From contig OX597823.1 of NCBI GenBank assembly GCA_951406725.2, forward strand, positions 27,714,001 through 27,778,000: a stretch of DNA of 64,000 nt, in the 5' to 3' direction. Below are positions 53,420-64,000 of this stretch, piece by piece; the first letter of the stretch is position 1; each line of letters begins with the position of its first letter. Both the position numbers and the translations under genes were made by a program. The DNA is from Octopus vulgaris. Its lineage: Eukaryota. The notes under the pieces are model-generated. The model was not told the origin of the DNA. It saw only the letters and a list, made by a program, of their open reading frames with translations, and searched no databases.

Positions 53420-54372
53420 GTAAGTAAAAAGTTTCTTGTTTCGAGTTCTCGCTTTCATTTATTTATATAATATAATAATACTCGGTGTTAAAACGTGTCA
53501 ACGCGTGGACCTGTTTGTATGGCTCGCTCGTTTGCTAGAAATAGCAGTAAGATATTCTTATCGTGCTCCGCCGTCACAAAAGAAAAAAAAAAAAAAAAAA
53601 AGGAGTGTGCGAGTGCGTTTGGGGACGGTACACACGTAAGATAATGGGGTTGTAGATAACCCTTTCAAAGTCGGGTTGGCCAAGAATGGAATGTTTTCAG
53701 CCGTAGATACCATGCTGGTAAAATTACACAGATTAACACCCGTAATTTTACTGATATGCTGACCTGGAGTTTAAACAATAACAAACTCGATGTAAATCCT
53801 ACTCCACTGCTATTTTGTATTTCGTTTGTCCTCCCGATGTACCAGGACCCTTGCGGCCTGTACAAGAAATGGTGGGTTGGCAGTGTTTGTTAGAGAGCGT
53901 CGGAGGGAATACATCGCGGTATTTACTATTTACTTTGTCTTCTTTACGCTCTGCATTCAAATCCTGACGAGTTCAACTCCATCTGTCCCCCCACCCATTT
54001 TTTTTCTCTCCGAAGCCGATAAAATAAATTGTCAGTTAAATACTTGTATCGATATAATTTTGTAACCCCTTCCCTCAAACCTATTTCTTTATTACCCACA
54101 AGGGGCTAAACACAGAGGGGACAAACAACGACAGACATAGGTATTAAGTCGATTACATCGACCCCAGTGCGTAACTGGTACTTAATTTATCGACCCCGAA
54201 AGGATGAAAGGCAAAGTCGACCTCGGCGGAATTTGAACTCACAACGTAACGACAGACGAAATACGGCTACGCATTTCGCCCGGCGCAGACCTCAAACTTC
54301 GTGTCCATGTTAGAAACCTTATTGTATTTGTGATGTCTTTGCAATAAATCAATTTATTACCGTCAATTAATT

Positions 54373-54782
54373 GGCGATCTTTCGTCTCTAGTAGACCTTT
54401 CCGTCGATTTCCGTAAAATTTTTTTTTTTTTTTACATATGGGCTTGCGGGAACTTTTGAAGTAATATACATACATATACACATACACCGACTAAAAAATT
54501 TCAGTTATCTCTTTCTTTCACACATTACTCTGTCTCTTCACACACACTAACAGAAGCACTTCACTTACACAACACCCCATCAAACACACACACACACACA
54601 CATGTACATCAATGCTCCCATGCACGGTAACTTCAAAAGAACTTCCCTCGTCATACAATCGCTTTCTCTTTGTCTCTTTCGCTCTCATTACTTCAAAAGT
54701 TCCCGCAAGCCCATATGTAAAAAAAAAAGAAAGTTTTTTTACGGAAATCGACGGAAAGGTCTACTAGAGACAAAAGATTGCC
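54373..54782. repeat. Foldback element with ~92-bp inverted arms
   Basis: 54373-54465 versus 54687-54782 around a CA/CT-rich spacer; TTAA after the right arm. Confidence 0.75.
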
Positions 54783-57227
54783 TTAATATTATTTAAATCA
54801 CGCTGAGGTGGAATTTGCCTTTTGTCCTCGCTAGTTTAAATAAAATAAAACATCAGTTCCACCCTGCGATTCGCTGAAATCGATTGTGTTCCTTTTCTCA
54901 GAATGTATGGGATTGTACCTAGTCTTTTATCATCCCACTTGCTCATTTACTCATCACTACTCATCCAGGGGGTTTATGTTAGGAATTCGGCTGCTTATTT
55001 TTCCCTTCATGGGGGTGGGGGGTGGGGTGGATAGAAGCAAATAAAGGTTGTGAAGCAAAACTTTTCTTTATCCGTCCGAACCCATTACTTTTACGAATAA
55101 CCATGTAAAATTTTCGGAAAGAAGTTGTAACGATTATATGTAATTTAAAAGCATTTAAAGTCATTAAATACAGGACATAACACGTTTCGAAAGAGAAAGA
55201 GGGAAAGAATGAGAGAGAGAGAGAGAGAGAGAAGTTCAGCCACTCACACGTAGTGAGTGGTTGTTGTTTAACCCCAGGTCAACCGTAATCCGGTAAACCT
55301 ATTACAGAAGTATTACTTGAATTAATGCCTCCTTTCTAAGAAAGTAGGCTGTGATTTGAGAGACAGATGTTTCGCTGCTGTTTCTAATAAGTCGTCGAGC
55401 CACTTCGTACATTCTTCCGCGTTGGTTTAACATAGTTTTATTTTAATATTTTCTGTTTACACTTGATTAGCTGACGGCAAACAACATTTCATGCAGACAC
55501 CAAACTGTGTGTATGTACACACACATACACACGTAATAGACACCTTGGACAGGCTGATACGCTGTATAAATGACTGAATATATATATATAGATGGCTCTA
55601 TATAGGTCTGTACACTTCAGACTTTTTGTTTCATACTTTTGGGAAATCCTTGAAATACTTTCCATGCTGTCTCAGGAAACCCCTTCATAAACATTATTAT
55701 ATACTTTTTTCTTTCTCTTTCATAATGTTAGATTTTGTAAGAGATTGAAAATATAACAAAACTGTCTATGAAAAGTTTGGCAGAGAACTTTAAGCCAAAA
55801 TCTCTATTAGAAGAACGTCGTTTTTTTTTCTTTACGTAGGGACGCCATCCTATCTGCTGATCTGATACTATGGTTTCCTTTCCTTAGGAAATACCATTCG
55901 TGTATTACAAAATTAAGAATATAAAATTAAAATTTAAAAACTTATTTAACAAAGATTTGAATAAAATTAGCTTAATTTTTCATTGTCTTTCGTAGAGTCC
56001 TTAGAGATATCATGCGGAACCGCAGGTTTCCGATCGGGTAACATTGATATAGACCAGTGATAGGCCACCTGCCGGTTCGCTGGACTGTGAATGACCCGCC
56101 TAATTTCACAAGGAAAATAACGATTATTAAAATTTGAACTGAATATTTTTAGTATGTGGATCGCCTGATGATGAACCGTATCACATGCGGCCCGCTTCTC
56201 GAAAAAGATTGCTCATACCTGTTGTAGGTAGACAGACAACTGTATAGACAAACCCCTAAACTATATATACACTGGTAGTCAAACGTATAATGTATACTAT
56301 ACTAGTCCAACAAATGTATATTTAACAATGCATAGATATGAAGAAAGCGGTCACGTAAAGGCGCACGACGGAGCCTTTTATGTAGTCGCCCGATCTGCTT
56401 GAAATAGCAGCCAAAACTGACTCACCTTGTACCCTAGACTAAAATGAGGAAAGGGCGCATCAGATAATGTAATTATAGCCCCAGAAAGATGAAATGATCG
56501 CAGCTAGTTGTGTGAATCATTTGCCAACTACAACAATAACAAATATTTAATCCGATGGAGTTTTAAGTGTGAATAGTTGCATGTATGGGTGTATGTTTGT
56601 GTATATTTACTTGTATCTATATGTTTATATGCATATGACGGCATCTATACTCATGAAGTGATTGTGCACCTGGAGAACTTTGTGGATTCCACAAATGAGA
56701 ATATGTGACTGCAGGTGAAAAGAAAATTACGGCGACAATTTGGAACGAGGGACAATATATTTGTGTCATATTTACAGGAATTCAAATCGACTTTCGTTCA
56801 CGTTTTGGTAGCTATAGCCCAGGTCCACGTTGTTTAACCAGTTGACTTATTTATCCCCCGCTGTTATGTCCCCTTTCATTTTTATTTACTTTTTTAACAC
56901 CCTAAACTGAAAGATTACCCATATACAGTACGCACATTAATTTTTCTACAAAGATTAAAAGATTACTATAATTGTTTTAATGGTCACTTTCAACCCTTGT
57001 GTGTATACTCTCTTTTCTCTCTTTTACTTGTTTCAGTCATTTGACTGCGGCCATGCTGGAGCACCGCCTTTAGTCGAGCAAATAGACCCCGGGACTTATT
57101 CTTTGTAAGCCCAGTACTTATTCTATCGGTCTCTTTTGCCGAACCGCTAAGTGACGGGGACGTAAACACACCAGCATCGGTTGTCAAGCAATGCTAGGGG
57201 GACAAACACAGACACACAAACACACAC

Positions 57228-57272
<45 letters not shown>

Positions 57273-57882
57273 CAACAATTGAGGGTAAAATTAATTAGTT
57301 ATTAATCAATTTCACCAAGTATTCAGTATGTAAAGGGACCATTTAAGGCGAATTCAAAATATTACATTGTATAAAAGGGCTTAGTAAAATAAATTACTTT
57401 GCCACATACTGAACTCATTAGAAATAGCAGCCAAAAAAAGATTTTTTAGCCATTTCTAATACTTAAAGAAAATTTATCTCAGATAGTGTTTATACGACAG
57501 GCTTCTTTCAGTTTCCGTCTACCAAATCCACTCACAAGGCTTTGGTCGGCCCGAGGCTATAGCAGAAGACACTTGCCCAAGATGCCACGCAGTGGGACTG
57601 AACCCGGAACCATGTGGTTGGTAAACAAGCTACTTACCACACAGCCACTCCTGCGTCTATGTGTGTGTATAATTGTTTTATTTTTGTACTTTTTCTTTGT
57701 TTTACATGTTTGGGGGGCGACGGGATGGGGGAGGGGACTGCGGTCAAATTGACCCCAATACGTTTTTTTAAAGTTTGGTAATCATTCTATCGGTTTGTTT
57801 TACAGAACACCTTAGTTATGGGGGCGCAAATAAACTAACATCGGTTGTCAAGCGGTGTGCGTCCACCAGATTTACTCACAGT

Positions 57883-58039
57883 CAGGGGCGGACTGAGCCG
57901 TCGGTCAGTTGGACACTGCTCTAGGCCCCGGAGCTCCGAGGGTCCCGCACTCTACATGTTAACTCTACGAAAACACACACTGAAAGGGGCCTAGTAAACA
58001 GTTATGCCCGAGGGTCTTAATACTCTCAGTCCGCCCCTA
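57883..58039. mobile_element. hAT-type MITE inside a SINE B
   Basis: TIR CAGGGGCGGACTGAG/CTCAGTCCGCCCCTA; 8-bp TSD CTCACAGT/CTCACAAT. Confidence 0.85.
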
Positions 58040-61000
58040 CTCACAATGTGTTGTTCGGCCCAGGGCGAAAGTAAAATAAAACAAAACCCCACTTCCACAA
58101 GGTGCTGCGCAGTGGGACAGACCCTGAAGCCACGAAGTTGCTAAGTTAGCTTCTTATCACCATAGCCATGACGCGCGCGCACTCACACACACGTACGCAC
58201 GCATACATACACACACACAAACTCACACATACGCACACTCACACACGCACTCACACGCACTCACACACGTACGCACATGCACACACACACACACACGCAC
58301 ACACACACACACACACACACACGCGCGCTCACACGTACGCACATACACACGTACGCACATGCACACACACACACACACATACACATAAGCACACTCTCAA
58401 ACACACTTGCACACACCAGCTTTCTTTCGTGATATGAAAACAACATTTTTACTGTTGTCCGAACTAGTTGTTTACGCGACTAATGAATAATGAATAACTG
58501 ATTGAATAAATACATAAATAAATAAATATTATATAAAGTATCTGATTGATTAAGCTCCTTACTTTAAGTCTCTTACGACTATTTACTTTCAGCATCCTTT
58601 CACAATATCCGGATATTTTACATTTTACTCTAAGCCCCTGACATCGATCTTATCGATTATACCCTACTTTACTCTGTTAGAACTAATTTCTTTCATTGAT
58701 ATATATGGGCTGATGAAATGGTTAAAACCTGGGGCACAGTAGATTAAATGCCTTGCTGTATTCAGTGGCGAATCTACATGCTCTGAGTTCAAAACTTACC
58801 GATGGTAGATTTTGCGTTTCATTTGTAATGGCGTCGATAAAAGAAGGGTAATTTGCTGAGCTTAGGTCATTACCTCTACTTTTGTCAGTCAGGAGTTTAA
58901 CAAAAGAAAAAACGATGCTCTCAGTAGGCGCTCTGGATGCAAATTGTATCGAGCATCAACATTACTTTTCGTCCTTTCTGTGGCGGAATTTTGGAATAGC
59001 TCTCAAAGTCTCATACCTGATAGGAGAGGAAAAGGGTAGTCTATTTTTTTCTTTTGACCTTCAAATTTCAAATTTTTTTTGCATTGTAGTCCTAATTTTC
59101 CTTCTCTATGAAATGTAGAAATTCAAGGGATAACTGTAGTCTTTCGACGTCATTATGTTAGTGTGCGACATTGTTTCATCTGTTAGACAGAGCTGAGCAA
59201 ACACACTCGCATATATGCTCAGCCATGACTGACGTCATATACTAATACCGAAATATTGCCAGGATACCTATTCCCAAATTCCGCACCTTCGGGTCCATTA
59301 AGTACCTATGAAGTTGTGAATTTGGGTTCTCTGTCTCTCTGTCTGTCTATCTCTCCTTTATTTCTCTCTTTCTGCCTGCCTGCCTCTCTCGTACTTGCTG
59401 CCCTGTGAAAAGGGTCATGTGACAGAGTACATTTTCTGCAGACATGAAAAAAATGGTGAGGGGCTGCTAGCAACCCCTTCTCAAAGAGGAGGAGAAAAAA
59501 ACCCCAGCCGCAGAAACAATCCAAGGTCTTGCTACATAACATGGAACAGAAATAAATCAACCCACCACCCCTATCACGATATATTAAAATCAATATTATA
59601 AAGGGCTTCTAAGATTTTAAATTTACGTTTTATATTTGTGTTGTTCTTGTGACAAATATAAAAAAATAGGAGGGGTACCATTTTAGCGTGCTTTCTACCT
59701 GGCCTGTTCTAACTTAGGGTGCATTCTGCTCCTGACCTTAACTCTAACCTATTTCTTTTCACAGATGGCACGGTAGACCGTACGCTAAAGTAACACCAAA
59801 CTGGCTTTGAATTGTTAATATTATTCAAATCCCGAGATGAACTTAGTCTTTCAATCTCTCGGTATTGTTAAAATATATTGCCAATGGACAAATCGATTTA
59901 TACTCCTACAACGCGAAAAGAATTATAATAGAGGTCTAATGGTATAATCTCCTTTTTGTACATTATCTTGAACTAGTAACGAAATGATAAGTACCATCTA
60001 ACCCTAATGTCTTACAACAGCAAAGAATTAGAAAATTACTATTTTTAAATCTCACAACGTGAGATATTCAGCAACAGTACTTTGTAGTAAAGATTGTTTG
60101 CCAACATAACATGGCAATCTTGGTTTAAGACACATATCGTGTCGTATAGCCAGCTTGAGACGATGTCTCCTGGGGCTAAATTACAGCAACATTGGTCCTA
60201 AACCAGGACTGCCATGTTATGTTGGCAAACAATCTTTACTACAACAGCGAAGAAGATAGACATAACTTAGAAATGAGCAAATATAGAAACTCAAGTCGGA
60301 GGAAATTTAGGCTTCAAGTATTTTTAATGAAAATTGTTAATTTAGATAAGTTACAGGGCTGGTCCCAGGAATTTTTCGAAGAGAAGGTACAAGGTCAGAA
60401 GAGAATACAATTCCAGGAGTGAAGGGTTTAATAACATTCTTTAGAAGGGCGTACTTTTGTACTTGAGTGGGGCACGTGCCCCTCTCCCTTGGGTCCGCGC
60501 CTGAGTTAAGGAAAATAGTCTCGGGTATGGCTAGGTAGGAGGTTAAGAAGCGTGCTTTGCAATCACAGCATTTCAGGTTCGGTCCCTCTGCGAGTTAGCT
60601 TCAAGTGTTCTCTACTGTAGCCCCGAGCCAACTAATACCTTGTGTGTGAATGAATTTGGTCGACGGACATCGTATGTGTGTGCGTGTGGGAGGGGGGTCT
60701 TTTCTGCCCCACCCACCACTTGACCGGTGTTGCTTCGATTACTTTCTTGTAACTTAGCCGTTCGACGAAAGTGACCAGACTTCATATATAAGTACTGGGA
60801 TCGATTTCTTCGACTGGGCCCTTCAATGAGGTGCTCCAGCATGGTCTTAGTCCAGTGACTGAAACAAGCACAAAAGAAAAAGAAAGATAAAATAGAATCT
60901 TGATATTTCGGACCTTGTTCTTTATCTAAACTGTTTCGATACTACTCTAGCGTGTGGTCTGCCGCAGTGTCCGAGCTCTACCCTTGTAATCCGCAAATTC

Positions 61001-61799
61001 GCTGGAATTAATTCATACGACCGATCTATTTGAATAGATTTCTAGTTAAACTGCAGCAATAAAAGAAAAAAAAACATGCATTTGGCACCATGGTAGAACC
61101 ACCAATCTAGTATTCTTTTATTCTTTTACATGTTTCAGTCATTTGACTGCGACCATGCTGGGGCACACCCTTAAAGTGTTTTAGTCGACGAAATCGACCC
61201 CAGGACTTATTATGTTGTAAGCTTAGTACTTTTTCTATCGGTCTCTTTTGCCGAACCGCGAGGTTACAGAGCCGTAAAGACACCGACATAAGTTGTGAAG
61301 CGATAGTAGTAGGGGACACACACACATTGCTTATATATATATATACATATATATATACGACGAGCTTCTTTCAGTTTCTATCTACCAAATCCATTCACCA
61401 CAAAGTTTTGGTCGGCCCGAGGCTATAGTGGAAAACACTTGCCCAAGGTGTCATGCATTGGGACTGAACCCGGAGCCATGTGGTTGGGAAGCAAGCTTCT
61501 TACCACACAGCCATGCTTGCTCCTATTATGTCGCTATCTTTTCAATTGTCACGAAAGCAACCTCACGCAAATGGAAAAAGTCTCACCCAGTTCCGGCAAT
61601 CAGTACTCTCATTTTATCCATTTTATTTGTATTGTAATTAAAATAAGCTTCAACCAAGTAGAAGGGCTGGAACATTCTGTATTCACGTGCTATTATGTAG
61701 AGGATTATTTTGTTTACGTACTAAACCTGAAATATGAAGAGGACATTGTTAGTGAAACGTGTCAACTGTCGCTGCCATGCGATCTTTAATAACTCAACG

Positions 61800-62050
61800 A
61801 CACCATCCGTATGAAAAACAAACAAAACAAAAACCAGTCGGTGTTGTATTTCATATCGTGTGTTCAGAAAGTCACTCCGCAGTAAGTATTTAATGGTTTT
61901 GGGGCGATTTTTGTACACTGATCCTTTACTTGCTTCTCAGAAAAACAAAAAAGTCTGGCGGTGTTAAATCAGGTGATCTTGGTGGTCAAAGTCCTTTCGA
62001 AATAACCCGTTCACCGAAAAACTCTCGAAGTAGCTCCATGGTGATGCGCA
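61800..62050 (-). pseudogene. Tc1/mariner-superfamily transposase C-terminal remnant
   Basis: *PPRSPDLTPPDFF..VYKNRPKTI. Confidence 0.6.
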
Positions 62051-62273
62051 AGATGAATACCATGTACTGACTAGAAATAATTTTGTGGTGTGCAAAAAAA
62101 AAAAAAAGGCAGTCTTAAATGATTTTAAACATAATTTAACCTAGAAACTCGCTGTTCTGCGAGTTTATTATCGATTTTGCAGACATCAGCACGCATCAGT
62201 AAATAATCTGTTTTGCTGAATTCTGTAAACCAAAGCCACCATTTTTGTTTAGTTCCATCGATTCGACGCTGGC

Positions 62274-62318
62274 TTTGGCTGAAGAGAGACAACCAGGTCG
62301 AAACATCGGTGTCTTAAG
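62274..62318 (+). ncRNA. Minimal type I hammerhead ribozyme motif
   Basis: TTTGG-CTGAAGA-(GA)GAC-AACCAG-GTC-GAAA-CATCGGT-GTC-TTAAG; near-palindromic stem III; GUC site at 62311-62313. Confidence 0.6.
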
Positions 62319-63526
62319 TTCTACGTCAGTTAATTGTCGCGTTCACGAAGGTTTATTGGTATCTGTTGGGACACGACAGGTTTGCCGAAGTTAATGTTAG
62401 CGTTACCTTTTATCTTTTCTGGGCCGATAAAATAAAGTAAAAAGTACCAGTAAGATACTGGTGTCGATGGCATCCGCTAAGCCCTTCCCTTAAAACTGCT
62501 GGCCATATGATTAAATTAGAAACAATTATTACACTCACACACATACACGCACGCATACGCACACGCACGCATGCACACACACGCTGGACACGCGCACCCA
62601 CGCACACACTCAAACAAACCTACACACACGCACGCACACACACACATACACCACCCACCCCTTACGCATACACAGCTCCACAACAGGATATACTACACAC
62701 CCGCGAATCATGTACTGAATTAATTATTCTTTTCTGTTCTCAGCACAAGGACTATCCCCCTTTTGGGCGAGGGGAATAGACGATTACATCGACCTCAGTA
62801 CTCAACTGGTACTTATTTTTCCGACACCGAAAGGATGAAAGGCAAAGTCGACCTCGGTGGAATTTGAACTCAGAACGTAGCGGCAGACGAAATACCGCTA
62901 AGCATGTCGCCCGGCTTGCTAACGTTTCTGCCAGCTCGCCGCTTTTATACAGAATAAATAATACTAACAACACGAAAGACTATCATTCACAGATACAAAC
63001 TCATGGTCTCACCGCCGCACACACCAAGCCCGCATACATGCACGCGTCTACTCACTTGCGCGCGCACATACTCCATACACAGACAAACACATACACTCTC
63101 TCTCTCTCACGCACCCAGGCACACACGCACCGACACACTTATTGTCCGTCCGTCTCTGACTTCATGACTGGTAGAAGTTGGTATTTTAATTTAAAGAACA
63201 GACACCAGAATAAAGAAAAACAAAAAAAAACAAAAACAAAAAATAAACAAAACAAACATTACTGTTTGATTTAAAGCGTTCCTCGAAAGTAGTAATTCTC
63301 CAACTGGAGTAGATTTTTCTCTCTGGGGTTTGTGGGATAAAAATTCACATAATTTGCGGGTAGACTACACCTTACCTGTTCATAAGGTATACAATCGTCA
63401 AAGCTTCTTAGAAGTACGTACCTTCAAAATTATACGTCCTTTGCACACGGGTAACGAAAGCTACAAGGATTGTCAAGTGGCGGGGGACAAATACCCCCTC
63501 CACCTCACACACACACACGCACACTA

Positions 63527-63750
63527 CAGTGATTCTTCGACTGTCGCGAGTGTTACGTTCCAAAACCTCCCGCGATGGGTAAAAATCCACGTAGTAGAAA
63601 CATTCCTGTTTTGTATAGTTTTTTATTATTATTTGTATAGTTTGTATACATTTATTTTATTATAAATGCAAAACAACACCACGGAGGAATCGATGTAAGC
63701 TTAAATGATAAACCGCGATAGGCGAACCGCGATATGGCGAGCGATTACTG
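63527..63750. mobile_element. pogo/Tigger-type MITE
   Basis: TA TSDs; imperfect TIR CAGTGATTCTTCG..TCGCG / CGCGATATGGCGAGCGATTACTG. Confidence 0.7.
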
Positions 63751-64000
63751 TATACATCTATATATTTAGACGTAGGCATTTCTGTGTGCTTCGTAACCAC
63801 GTGGTTCTGCGTCCTGCCCTACATGGCACCCAGAGAAAGTGTCTTCTACTATAAACCGAACTCAACTAATGCTTTGTGAGTGAATCTGGTGGAGGGAAAC
63901 TGTGAGAAGCCCTTTGTGTGTGTGTGTTCGTTTTTGGCTCATGTGGTGTAGGTTCCTTTGCGGACTGCTAACTTAGCAGTTCGGCATAAAGGAAATATAA

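Noticed and set aside
59765-59792. Second exon of the calexcitin-like gene (TTTTCACAG|ATGGC)
   Set aside because: Lies inside an inverted-repeat element, hits a stop after 8 codons and lacks an EF-hand loop.

Overview
AT-rich, repeat-saturated eukaryotic genomic DNA. The SINE families, long (TA)n/(CA)n/(TAA)n microsatellites and a calexcitin-like exon suggest a coleoid cephalopod, probably Octopus (inference). Nearly all ORFs in the supplied track are microsatellite or SINE read-throughs. The only host-gene signal is a probable first coding exon of a calexcitin/SCP-like EF-hand protein (53326-53419). Coding transposons: a near-complete CR1-type LINE, an L1/Tx1-type LINE 5' half, a full-length mariner, and maT, hAT, Academ-like and R4/Dong-like fossils. 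Non-coding elements: at least five tRNA-headed SINE families plus MULE, hAT, piggyBac, pogo and Helitron non-autonomous elements. Most interesting: (1) several minimal type-I hammerhead ribozyme motifs of the Penelope-associated kind, in (TA)n-embedded foldback elements and in a tRNA-headed SINE; (2) evidence that a Tx1-type LINE and a SINE tail variant target one fixed site inside the dominant SINE, building concatemers; (3) an octamer/CCAAT-bearing MULE MITE that repeatedly lands in GC-rich hAT elements. All calls were made by eye; family names and ribozyme activity are unverified.
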